A stretch of 64,000 nucleotides of DNA, from NCBI GenBank assembly GCA_964348835.1, contig CAYGEA010000001.1, positions 5,201 to 69,200 on the forward strand, written 5' to 3'. The notes under the pieces were generated by a model, which ran no database searches, was not told the origin of the DNA, and was given only the letters and a program-made list of their open reading frames with translations. Positions 1 through 9,149 of the stretch are shown here, piece after piece. The position numbers were made by a program, and so were the translations under genes. Positions within the stretch are counted from its first letter, which is position 1; each line of letters opens with the position of its first letter. The stretch comes from an uncultured Bdellovibrionales bacterium (GTDB lineage: Bacteria; Patescibacteriota; Minisyncoccia; Moranbacterales; UBA1568).

Positions 1-759
1 CGGACGCCAAGAAAATATTTTGTGTTTGTAGTAAAGAAAGATATGAGCCAACACAAAAAGAATCGGCATCAAAAGAAAGAGTGTAGTATGGAGCTGCATC
101 CCGATACCCATCACCATACCGAGGAGCGCGTAGTACCAGAATAGACTTTTCTTTTGGGAAAGAAGAAGAATTTGCTGAAGAAGAATGAGAAAAGCCAGGA
201 GAAAAAAAGGAATAAGGTTGGGATTCCAGCCGAAGCGCGAGTAGCGGATAGTATAAAACGAGAGGGCGTACAGGAGGGTCAGTCCGAGCGTCAGAGCGGG
301 CGAAAAATACGACCGGAAGAAAACAAAAAATAATCCGATGGAAGCAACCGAAAGGAGCGGGATAAGAAGCACACTACCGTCTGGCGTGTTGCCAAAAATG
401 AGACCGGAAAGATATTCTACGTAGTAAAATGCCGGTCCTAAGTGAAACGTCGTTCCACCGGCTTTAGGACCGAGGAGGGGGAAGTCTCCCGAAAACATCT
501 CATCCACTACTTTGGCATCGCGCACCTGATCGGCATTGAAACGCGCCAGGTCGCTAAAATCATTCAGCCGGAAAAATGCCCCGGCAAAAATGATAGCGAT
601 GAGCAAAAGTACGCGCTGATGTTTTTTACTCCAGAACAGTGCCGTATCACGCATCTTTTTCGGATGGGAAATATTTTTCTGCAACCACGAAAACTGTTGG
701 TGAAGTTTTTTTGCAAACTGCTTCGTAGAGTGCGTCAGTTGCTTCTTAAGAGATTTCAT
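1..759 (-). CDS. GT-C fold membrane glycosyltransferase (GT39/GT83, ArnT/PMT-like), N-terminal ~253 aa only; 3' end lies beyond window edge
   Basis: Not in the ORF track because it has no in-window stop. My minus-strand translation from ATG 759..757 gives MKSLKKQL...FNADQVRDAKVVDEMFSGDFPLLGPKAGGTTFHLGPAFYYVEYLSG...GWNPNLIPFF. This is collinear with the N-terminus of the paralogue at 5044..6855 (DQARDARVIDRTLEGDPLDLPLLGPKAGGTFLRLGPGFYYLEY...AWNPNFIPFF). The start ATG overlaps the upstream gene's TGA stop (ATGA). Confidence 0.7.
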   Translation of the reverse strand, partial: MKSLKKQLTHSTKQFAKKLHQQFSWLQKNISHPKKMRDTALFWSKKHQRVLLLIAIIFAGAFFRLNDFSDLARFNADQVRDAKVVDEMFSGDFPLLGPKAGGTTFHLGPAFYYVEYLSGLIFGNTPDGSVLLIPLLSVASIGLFFVFFRSYFSPALTLGLTLLYALSFYTIRYSRFGWNPNLIPFFLLAFLILLQQILLLSQKKSLFWYYALLGMVMGIGMQLHTTLFLLMPILFVLAHIFLYYKHKIFSWRP

Positions 760-2678
760 TTTTCAAAAGGGATAATAGTTATAAAATTTTGAGGACGGTC
801 ATTGATAGACAGTGACCAGACAGATGTACTGAGTAATTGATCAAAATAATAATCGCTGTCTCGATCAGGATGCGGATTATTTTCTAAGAGGAAGCGGTTG
901 CCTAACTTGATGACGCCACGTTTGGAGATGACGAAATAGTCCGGAGTGGCGCGCGCTAGATCTATACGGCGCGACTTCAAACATTTACCGACAAAAAAGC
1001 GGCAGACCGTGTCGCTGTTGGACCAGATGATGAGACGCTCGGCATCGGGCAGGCTATTTAAGTATTCGGCGGCTTCGTAGGAGCCGTGACCCCACGAATC
1101 ATGTATGGAAAGCGGCTGTGGCAAGAGGAAGTTGGCATAGCTGAAGTAAAACGGGCGCAGAGTAAAGAGCGAAATACTGCCCAAGGCAAAAAGTAGGATG
1201 CTGAGAACCATATATATCAGCGAAAACTGTTTGCGTTTGGCAAAGAGCTCTACCAAGGAAACCGCTGTCATACTGGCGATGAGCGGATAGAGAAGAATGA
1301 TGTAGCGGGCATTGGTGACGACGTGGGCGCTTTGAGCAGAGATGAGATAGAGGAAGACGAATACAAGAACGGTAAAAACGACGGCACCGGCGGTATCAGT
1401 GACTTTGCGGAGCAAGATCTGGGTAAAAAGACAGAGAAAAATAAGTAAAATAAGCGGAGAGAGGGAGAAAACTAGCGGAGTCGCTTCCATCAGAAAAATC
1501 TTCGCCGTTGTTTGCAGTGATCCGTCTTTTCTGTCCAAGAGCGGCTTGAAATTGAATTCTTTGGGTTCATTAGCGTAGGCCTGATCGCGGAGAGCGCTTA
1601 TAGGCGCCAAACGTTCACTGCTCCACGCGTTGATGAGGACGAGAGAAATGAGGAGTAGGAAGAGTGTCGCTAGAACAGTGAGGATACCGTGTCGCTTATT
1701 TGCTATCCACGCGAGGGTAATGCCCACGTGCTTACGCATCACAAAAAGAACAAGAAACATCAGCCCCGCGCTTCCGAAAAAAATAGTCAGGGTCTGGACG
1801 CTGAAAAATTGCGAGATGCCTTTGAAAAGATAATCCGGATGGATGAAGACTGCCGGTAAGAAGAGTGCGAAGGTTAGAAGGGCAATAAGAAAAATAATGA
1901 GGATATCGCGAATATGGCGCAGGAGGGTCGGCAGTGTTATTTGTTTGGTAGTTTCTGGGTCTTGAAAAATAATTTTGGCAAAAAGAAACAGGGTGAAGAA
2001 AAGAAAAAGAATAAAAGCGGTGTATTTGGAAAGCAGGGCAAAACCAGTCAAGAGTCCAGCAAGCAAAAGGAATTTTTGTTGCCGGGTATTGAGAAGCGCC
2101 ATATAGGCACACGTTGCCAGTCCGCCAAAAATCCAAAAGAAACTGTCCGGATTGATGATTTGGGCGATGCCCAAGAGAATCGGATTGAAAGCTATGAACA
2201 TGGTACCAAGCAAAGCGATCGGGCGAGAACCAAAAGCTCTGAAGAGGAGCCAGAAGAAGACAAGGAGAGAAAGTGTGGAAAAAATTAGCACTGGCAAACG
2301 AAAAATGATGTTTGTTTTCTCGCTTTGGAGAATATTATAGTTTTCAAATATTTTTTCCTCTTCTCTGGTCTCAGTAATTTTCTCGGTTTTTTCGGGATGG
2401 GGTTCGTACAGGAGTCCAATACCGGAAATGAGCGCAACCGTGACGCCCGGCTTGTCGTTGATGTAGGTTTGTTCCCAGTCTTGACTGAGAAGAGCGCTCC
2501 AGTATGCTGGGATACGGTCATACTTCCACAGATGTTCGTCGGTGGTTTCAAATTTTCCCAAATGAAAAAAGCCGAAGACAAAAAAAGCAATCATCATACA
2601 AAAGAGCACTCTCTGTGAGAAATGCTTTTCCCAAGAAGCGTATTCTCGATTTTTCATTTGGGAGAGCAGAGAAAACAT
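756..2678 (-). CDS. GT-C fold membrane glycosyltransferase (GT39/GT83-like, dolichyl/undecaprenyl-phosphate-sugar dependent), paralogue 2
   Basis: 659-aa ORF, polytopic membrane N-terminal half plus soluble C-terminal domain. Its C-terminal motif GHGSYEAAEYLNSLPDAE is shared with the ORF at 2683..4953 (GSGSYEAAEYLNSLPEAQ). The ORF-track start at 2735 overlaps the upstream gene by 53 nt. The ATG at 2678 (MFSLLSQMKNREY) lies 4 nt after the upstream stop, so I prefer it. Confidence 0.7.
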   Translation of the reverse strand: MFSLLSQMKNREYASWEKHFSQRVLFCMMIAFFVFGFFHLGKFETTDEHLWKYDRIPAYWSALLSQDWEQTYINDKPGVTVALISGIGLLYEPHPEKTEKITETREEEKIFENYNILQSEKTNIIFRLPVLIFSTLSLLVFFWLLFRAFGSRPIALLGTMFIAFNPILLGIAQIINPDSFFWIFGGLATCAYMALLNTRQQKFLLLAGLLTGFALLSKYTAFILFLFFTLFLFAKIIFQDPETTKQITLPTLLRHIRDILIIFLIALLTFALFLPAVFIHPDYLFKGISQFFSVQTLTIFFGSAGLMFLVLFVMRKHVGITLAWIANKRHGILTVLATLFLLLISLVLINAWSSERLAPISALRDQAYANEPKEFNFKPLLDRKDGSLQTTAKIFLMEATPLVFSLSPLILLIFLCLFTQILLRKVTDTAGAVVFTVLVFVFLYLISAQSAHVVTNARYIILLYPLIASMTAVSLVELFAKRKQFSLIYMVLSILLFALGSISLFTLRPFYFSYANFLLPQPLSIHDSWGHGSYEAAEYLNSLPDAERLIIWSNSDTVCRFFVGKCLKSRRIDLARATPDYFVISKRGVIKLGNRFLLENNPHPDRDSDYYFDQLLSTSVWSLSINDRPQNFITIIPFEK

Positions 2679-2682
2679 AGAT

Positions 2683-4953
2683 TCAAGGGAGAGGATCAAA
2701 GGAAAATATTCTGACAAACTGTCCGGAGCGATCATTGATCAGTAATTGATAAACAGGATCCGTCTTTTGGTAGTAGGCGTCAAAACGGATCAGGCCCTCG
2801 TCATTCAACAGATACGGATTGACCAGCATCCGTTCGGTGCGGCTTTCTCGGCCAGTAGAAACAACGACGTAGTCGATATCATCGGATGGGATTTCAGAAA
2901 AATTAAAACCATCCAAGCAAGTACCGACAAAGAATTTGCACACACCGCGCTTGTCCGTCCAAATAGTGAGGTTCTGCGCCTCAGGCAGGCTGTTGAGGTA
3001 CTCTGCCGCCTCATAACTCCCGCTCCCCATATCCTTGATATCAATTGTATAGGCGGGCGGCAAGAGCGCTGAGGCATAGCTCAGAGGGAACGGCGTACGC
3101 AGGAGAATAATGCAAAGGCAGAGGGAGAGGGATAGAAAACCGATACGGTAGCTATCATCCCATTTTTTCATAAGAAGGAACCTCTCCTTGAGTCGAGACA
3201 TCAGTATGGCAAATCCGATACCGCCAAGCACCCCCAAAAGCGGATAGAGGACAATCTGGTAACGATTGATCAACACCACTTCATTGACGGTGGAGCCGAT
3301 GAAATAAAGAAGGATAAACACGATGATGCTGAGCGCCTCTTTTGCATATTTAGCGGCAAGAGCATTATTGAATAAGAGAGTGACAAGGGCTATAAAGACG
3401 CTAAAAATGGTCAGCACCGGAACACCAAATAAGAGGGGATAAAAATTGGTCAAGAAGATTTGAATGGCAATTTTACCTTCAGAGCTACTTTTGGGAGAAG
3501 CGAGAAAAGACATAAAATCAATCCACGGCATGCCGAGCATACCGTTTGTCAGGGTAATCAAAGAGACCAAGAGAAAAAAACCGAACAGGAACTGCGTGAT
3601 GAAGAATCGACCCCGTCTGCCATACTCCATAATAAAAGTGACCGCGCGCGAACGCCAGAAATATTGATCAATCAATATGAAAGCAATCAATCCGATGAAG
3701 AGGGGAGCCACTTTTTCAAAAGCTTGGCTGAAAATCGTTCCGGAGAGCATACGCGCCGGCTCAACCCACAAAGCCGGAAACAGGAGGTACAATACTGACA
3801 GTCCCGTACCGAGCCATATCGTGAAAAAACGGAGCTCTTGCTTGAAGTAGTCCGAAAAGGGGATGTCCTGTGATTTTGTGAGAAGGTAGCGAAGAAATAT
3901 ATAGCCGAAAAAATACAGGATGAGAAAATTAGCGACGTATTTGGTGAGGAGGGCCAGACCGAGAAAAACACCAGACAATATGAGCGTGCGAAAGGTTTTC
4001 TTCTTGATAAAGACGAGAAAAGAGAGAAAAGAGAGCGGAACAAATAACCAGAGCAGAGCATCCGGATTAACGATTCTGCTTATCCCAATGAGCAGAGGTG
4101 AGAGCGCGATGAACGCGTAGGCATAGAGCGCGGTAGCCGTGCCAAAGAGAGGAACCAGAAGAAAATAAAAGAAAGGCAGAAACGCTGTAATAACCAAAAG
4201 AAGCGGAAGACGAAAAGCGAGGTATAAATCCTTAATATCAACGTCAGCATTCTTGGCAGTATAGACGAAGCGCGTGTCGCGATAGTCTTTGGGCGTGACA
4301 AAAAAGAGACCGGCTCCGGAAGCAATGGCCACGGTAATGCCCGGCTTGTCACTGATATTGGTTTTTTCCAAATCTCTTTCGGAGAGATTTTTCCAAAATC
4401 GAGTGATACGTCCATCCATCCAGAGCGGTTCATCGACGGCGGCGAATTGAGTCAGATGAGTCACGGCAAAGGCAAAAAAGATGAGGGTAAGCAAAAAAAC
4501 ACTGGCAAGGGGAAATGTTCTGTGTTTCTTGTGAAAATGCGCAAAGAATTGAGTCGGAGAGAGAGAATTTTCTAACACTCTCTTCTTTTCAGGGTGTCCT
4601 TTTTTAATCACAAGAAACGACCAGTAAGCAAAAGCGCTGATTACATAGAGCCCGACAGCCAATGAAACAAGAAAATGAAAATCTTGAGAAAAAGTCATTC
4701 CGATGGCAAATAGGCAGGCTACCGGCGCGTAGATAAGTAACATCTCTCGCGTAAAAAGAGAAACTCTGTGACGCGATTCTTTCCAGCATGACCAAAGCGA
4801 CACGAGACCCAAAACGACAAAAGTGAGATAGAAGAAGGTATTGTCTTGTGCAATGTGAAAAAAAGAGGTGAAAGAGAACTGCTCTGCGACAAAGAAAAAT
4901 GCCGTCACGGAGAGGAGAAGTATGAGCATGCGGGAGCGAGAAAAATCGATCAT
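2683..4953 (-). CDS. GT-C fold membrane glycosyltransferase (GT39/GT83-like), paralogue 3
   Basis: 756-aa ORF with many TM helices and the same C-terminal soluble domain as 756..2678. The internal segment NISDKPGITVAIASGAGLFF parallels INDKPGVTVALISGIGLLY in the neighbouring gene. Confidence 0.7.
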   Translation of the reverse strand: MIDFSRSRMLILLLSVTAFFFVAEQFSFTSFFHIAQDNTFFYLTFVVLGLVSLWSCWKESRHRVSLFTREMLLIYAPVACLFAIGMTFSQDFHFLVSLAVGLYVISAFAYWSFLVIKKGHPEKKRVLENSLSPTQFFAHFHKKHRTFPLASVFLLTLIFFAFAVTHLTQFAAVDEPLWMDGRITRFWKNLSERDLEKTNISDKPGITVAIASGAGLFFVTPKDYRDTRFVYTAKNADVDIKDLYLAFRLPLLLVITAFLPFFYFLLVPLFGTATALYAYAFIALSPLLIGISRIVNPDALLWLFVPLSFLSFLVFIKKKTFRTLILSGVFLGLALLTKYVANFLILYFFGYIFLRYLLTKSQDIPFSDYFKQELRFFTIWLGTGLSVLYLLFPALWVEPARMLSGTIFSQAFEKVAPLFIGLIAFILIDQYFWRSRAVTFIMEYGRRGRFFITQFLFGFFLLVSLITLTNGMLGMPWIDFMSFLASPKSSSEGKIAIQIFLTNFYPLLFGVPVLTIFSVFIALVTLLFNNALAAKYAKEALSIIVFILLYFIGSTVNEVVLINRYQIVLYPLLGVLGGIGFAILMSRLKERFLLMKKWDDSYRIGFLSLSLCLCIILLRTPFPLSYASALLPPAYTIDIKDMGSGSYEAAEYLNSLPEAQNLTIWTDKRGVCKFFVGTCLDGFNFSEIPSDDIDYVVVSTGRESRTERMLVNPYLLNDEGLIRFDAYYQKTDPVYQLLINDRSGQFVRIFSFDPLP

Positions 4954-5043
4954 ACGATAATTTTGCTAAAAATTGCAAAAACGGCTAAGATATGAATGAA
5001 GTGAAAAGACGAATGACAGAGGGGGTGTTGAACCCTATTATAT

Positions 5044-6855
5044 ATGAATTTTTCTAAAAAAAACAGTGTACGTGACTGGAAAAGGTATCAAATACCTCTT
5101 TTTTTGATCGTTATTATTGGCATCGGACTTTTTATCCGACTGTATGAGATTGGCGATTGGCTGCACTTTGAATTAGATCAGGCAAGAGATGCACGAGTTA
5201 TTGATCGAACATTAGAAGGCGACCCGCTTGACTTGCCGCTCCTTGGTCCAAAGGCAGGAGGTACTTTTTTGCGTCTTGGTCCGGGATTTTACTACTTAGA
5301 ATACATTGGAGCGGAGCTTTTTGGTGGAGCGGTCATTGGCGGAGCAGTGATGGTGGCACTCGCATCCGCAGCCAGTATTCTCCTTTTCTTTCTCTTTATA
5401 AAGCCTCTCTTTCTCTCACGGATGACGCTTGCACTGACGCTCTTGTTTTCCATATCCACCTATCTCGTGTTGTATGGGCGTTTTGCGTGGAATCCCAATT
5501 TTATTCCTTTTTTTGCTTTGCTTGGTTTCTACAGTCTGTTACGAGCGGTTGATAATGAAGAAAAATATCAGGGTCGTTGGCTTTTGGTATCCGCTCTCGG
5601 ACTCGGACTCGGAACACAGATGCATTTCTTGGCATTTTTGGCGTTACCAATGATTGCCCTTCTCTTTCTTATTATCAAGCGACCAAAAATCGCGCTGAAG
5701 TTTTGGATAGGTGCCCTCTTTCTTGTTCTCGTATTGTATCTTCCGATGGCACTGAACGAAATCGCTACTGGTGGACTGAATACACAGGAATTTTTTGGGG
5801 CTTTATCAGAAAAATCTACGAAAGAAGACCACCCAATCATTGAAAAGGTGGTGCGGAATGTGAGCGAATTTAGCCTGCACGGCATCGTGATTCTCACTGG
5901 TTTTGAAGGAGCAACTTTTCCAGCTATTATTATCAAGGATGGAACTTTCGGATCGGTCTGTGACGAAAAGTGCGATCGGGGAAAGTGGTACGGCGTTGTA
6001 AGTATCATGTTGCTTGGTCTGGCAAGCCTCACCTTATTCAAAAGGTTTTTGAGAGAAGAGCGCGGTCAAGCGGCCGATACACTCCTCCTTTCTTTTTTAT
6101 GGTTTGGCGTTACTTTTGCCCTCTTTTTGCCGCTCTCATACGGGGTGGCACCGCGTTTTTTTCTTTTGAATGCGCCTCTTTTCTTTCTACTCCTCGGGGT
6201 CTTCCTCAACTTTTTACAAGATCTTTTGTTTCGCGATAAGAGAGTTGGACAGGCTGCCACTTTCTGTATAGTTATGTTATTCGTCGCGTTAAACGGATAT
6301 TTTTTACTACAGCGTTTCAGCGAACTCAAACAGGCTGGCATAAAAGCAGTAGAAAGCGCGCCGGATCGCATCTTGAAAGAACGCGTGCGCGTGACCCGAG
6401 AACAACAGCTCGCTATTGTAGATTTTTTACAAGCGCAAGCGACTCTCAGAGGTGGGGTGCCGATCTATATGTTCAGCGAGCCGCAGTACCGCCGCGCTCT
6501 CAAGTATCTGATGGAACAACGCGGTATGGAGAATGACGTGCTCGGCTTCAGTGGAATCTACCGTCAGGGGGTATACTTCCTTATCATTCGTACCCAGTCA
6601 AGTATGGAAAACGGATTGAAGAAATACAGGGAAAGCTATACCGTTGGAGAAACGACATCTTTTGGAACACTGATAGCCATTGAGCTTTTCCCCAAACCAG
6701 AGGCCATTATGGGGGAGCGTCAGAACTTTTCTATTGAAGAGAAAGCAAGTGTTTCCAAAGCGCCTCCACGCTATACGCTGCGCGAATTTTTAGCCAGGAG
6801 CAGTACCCAAGAGAAAGAAGAAGGCAATGAGGACGAATTTCTTAATGAAGAATAA
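5044..6855 (+). CDS. GT-C fold membrane glycosyltransferase (ArnT/PMT-like), paralogue 4
   Basis: 603-aa ORF. N-terminus IPLFLIVIIGIGLFIRLYEIGDWLHFELDQARDA...LPLLGPKAGGTFLRLGPGFYY is typical of 4-amino-arabinose/mannosyl transferase family N-termini. About 12 TM helices. Confidence 0.7.
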   Translation: MNFSKKNSVRDWKRYQIPLFLIVIIGIGLFIRLYEIGDWLHFELDQARDARVIDRTLEGDPLDLPLLGPKAGGTFLRLGPGFYYLEYIGAELFGGAVIGGAVMVALASAASILLFFLFIKPLFLSRMTLALTLLFSISTYLVLYGRFAWNPNFIPFFALLGFYSLLRAVDNEEKYQGRWLLVSALGLGLGTQMHFLAFLALPMIALLFLIIKRPKIALKFWIGALFLVLVLYLPMALNEIATGGLNTQEFFGALSEKSTKEDHPIIEKVVRNVSEFSLHGIVILTGFEGATFPAIIIKDGTFGSVCDEKCDRGKWYGVVSIMLLGLASLTLFKRFLREERGQAADTLLLSFLWFGVTFALFLPLSYGVAPRFFLLNAPLFFLLLGVFLNFLQDLLFRDKRVGQAATFCIVMLFVALNGYFLLQRFSELKQAGIKAVESAPDRILKERVRVTREQQLAIVDFLQAQATLRGGVPIYMFSEPQYRRALKYLMEQRGMENDVLGFSGIYRQGVYFLIIRTQSSMENGLKKYRESYTVGETTSFGTLIAIELFPKPEAIMGERQNFSIEEKASVSKAPPRYTLREFLARSSTQEKEEGNEDEFLNEE

Positions 6856-6858
6856 TCT

Positions 6859-9138
6859 ATGCGGTTCCGTAACGAAGTTATATTACTCGGTGGTTTGATG
6901 AGTGCTTTTGTGTGGCTCATTCCCTTCTCAGTGCCCGATGCGTTGGCAGCCAATACCTACTATGTCAAAGAGGGTGAAGACGGAGATGGATCTGAGAGCG
7001 ATCCCTTCGGCTCTATTGAGGACGCGGTGGCAGAGATGAAAGACAAAGGCGGCAAGAAAATTATAGTGTCACAAGGCTCTTACGGGGCAGGCTTTACCTT
7101 GCCAAAAGGAGTGGAACTGGTGGGATCGGATACGAAAGAAGTTATCATCAAAGGCGCTATCCGGATGGAAGATAAGTCCGAACTTTCTGAGGTGACGGTT
7201 GATACCGGAGGAATCTTGGTCGCTGGCAAGGCTGATGTGACGATAGCCAAAGTGCGGGTGCGGGATGTGCTCTTGGTCGGGATCAAAGTAGAAGAGGGGG
7301 ACGGCACAGTCACGATACAAAATACGGAAATCACCGGCTGTAAGAAGGGGATGTATCTTCAAAAAGGCAATGAGATCCGCATTGAAAATGTAGTAGTCAG
7401 CGACAATCGGGAAGAAGGCATCGATATTCGAGAAAATGTTTCCGGCAGTATCCGAAAAAGCGTTTTCAAAAACAACGGGGAATCCGGCATAGAAGTAGTC
7501 CTTGGGAGCTCGGATTTATTGATACAGGACAATACATTTTCCGACAATGGTGCCAGCGGGGTGGCGACGCAGTTTTTCCACGGCGTCAAAAAGATTGGCG
7601 ACGTCAGGATTGACAATAACACGATGAACAATAATACCAATTATGGCGTTGACTGCAAGACACCGCAGGGAGGGCTGGAATCACGTGATTATTTCCTTAA
7701 TTCTATCGGTGTCTCCGGGAATACTTTTTCAAAAAACAAGGTTGGAGAGATAGCCAAAAAATGTCGGATACTCACCGATGAAGAACGTATCGCTCTTGAT
7801 GTAAAAAAATCGGTGCAGTACGACGAAGTATATTCTCCTGAGGAATTTGCTGAACGAGTGCAACGCGATGCCACGGCGCGCAGGGTATATAATGACGGAA
7901 GAGAAAAAGAGGAGCGAGAGAGGGTTGAAATAAGGGTTGGTGAAGTAGAGGGGCTCGTCACTTCTCTCCGAAGCGCCCAAGAAAAATTTGTTGGAAGATC
8001 GCCATTTGGATGTTTTGTCCTTGGAAAAGACAGTCGGCTGAAAAAAGCCCTGCTCGCGGATGTGGACAAAGCAGGGGTTTTGTTTGAGCGTTTAGCACGT
8101 GAGAATAACGATTTGATTTTTGAAACTAATCGGCATTTAGTGAGTGAATCGCTGACGGAATATATGGAAACACTTACCCGTCTCCGTGAAGCTCTTTCTC
8201 TGCCACTGTGCCACATCTCCCTCTTTGGCTGGCTGAATGAGATGATCGCCGCAAAGCTTCCGCCACAAACACTTTTGCCTCTCGACGCAGGCGCCAGTAT
8301 TTCACTCTTTCCCGTTTCAAAGGAACGTACGATTCTTTTTCTCGGAAACATCGGTTATACTTCTAAAAACCGGATGCAGGCTTTCAAAAATGGTGATGAT
8401 TCCGCCTTCACTGAAATCAGCGACCGACTCAGATCTTTTGACACGGTCGTGGCAGATCTGACTTCACCAATTATCGACGAAGCTGATCCGGCGCCCCTCC
8501 AAAATAGCATCGCTCCTCTCGTACTCCCGGCACGCTTTGCTAATATCTTTGCGGTACAGAATATCGGATTGTTCCACTTAGGTCAATCACCGCTCTTCAA
8601 GGTAGTGAAGGAAAAAGGCGAGACAGGGTATACCAAGACAAGAATCAATATGCTTTTGGGAACAGTGGAGACGTTTGGCGGCGATGGAGCAGAACCGAGT
8701 AAAAAAATAGTACTCGATGGGATACCGGTAACCTTTGTACACTTCATAGAGTCCAAAACCGGAGCGCCGGAAGAAACAATAAGCCTTATTAGAGAGGCGA
8801 AAGAAGTCAGCCGCACGGTTATCGTCTATACTGCCTACGACAGGGGAATTTCTGCAAAACTTTCCCAAGAACGCCAGGAAGTCGCACGACAATTTATTGA
8901 AGCAGGAGCGACGCTCGTCATTGGATCAGGACTGATGCTGCCGTTTGAGTATGAAACAGTTGGGGACGGACGAATATATCATTCACTGGGAAATTTTTGG
9001 ACTGGAGGAGAACCGACCAACGAAGCGATCGGGCTAGCCCTCAGACTTTCCATTGATGAGGGAGGACAGGTGACATTTGGAGAAGAAAATGTTTTCTTCA
9101 ATGAAGAGGGAAAAATTATATTCGCGCCTAAAGAATAA
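6859..9138 (+). CDS. Secreted right-handed parallel beta-helix repeat protein fused to a C-terminal CapA/PGA_cap-like (metallophosphatase-fold) domain
   Basis: Signal peptide MRFRNEVILLGGLMSAFVWLIPFSVPDALA. Repeated beta-helix (PbH1) units run along ...IQNTEITGC.../...IENVVVSDN.../...FKNNGESG.../...IQDNTFSDN.... The C-terminal ~400 aa carry LFLGNIGY...FDTVVADLTSPI...YHSLGNFWTGGE, which resembles CapA-family motifs. The usual ANNH is replaced by ANIFAVQNIG here. Confidence 0.55.
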   Translation: MRFRNEVILLGGLMSAFVWLIPFSVPDALAANTYYVKEGEDGDGSESDPFGSIEDAVAEMKDKGGKKIIVSQGSYGAGFTLPKGVELVGSDTKEVIIKGAIRMEDKSELSEVTVDTGGILVAGKADVTIAKVRVRDVLLVGIKVEEGDGTVTIQNTEITGCKKGMYLQKGNEIRIENVVVSDNREEGIDIRENVSGSIRKSVFKNNGESGIEVVLGSSDLLIQDNTFSDNGASGVATQFFHGVKKIGDVRIDNNTMNNNTNYGVDCKTPQGGLESRDYFLNSIGVSGNTFSKNKVGEIAKKCRILTDEERIALDVKKSVQYDEVYSPEEFAERVQRDATARRVYNDGREKEERERVEIRVGEVEGLVTSLRSAQEKFVGRSPFGCFVLGKDSRLKKALLADVDKAGVLFERLARENNDLIFETNRHLVSESLTEYMETLTRLREALSLPLCHISLFGWLNEMIAAKLPPQTLLPLDAGASISLFPVSKERTILFLGNIGYTSKNRMQAFKNGDDSAFTEISDRLRSFDTVVADLTSPIIDEADPAPLQNSIAPLVLPARFANIFAVQNIGLFHLGQSPLFKVVKEKGETGYTKTRINMLLGTVETFGGDGAEPSKKIVLDGIPVTFVHFIESKTGAPEETISLIREAKEVSRTVIVYTAYDRGISAKLSQERQEVARQFIEAGATLVIGSGLMLPFEYETVGDGRIYHSLGNFWTGGEPTNEAIGLALRLSIDEGGQVTFGEENVFFNEEGKIIFAPKE

Positions 9139-9149
9139 TCCAGAGCACT

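Noticed and set aside
442-792. 116-aa plus-strand ORF from the ORF track
   Set aside because: It lies antisense to a clearly homologous GT-C glycosyltransferase N-terminus (minus strand, 1..759) and has no protein-like features.
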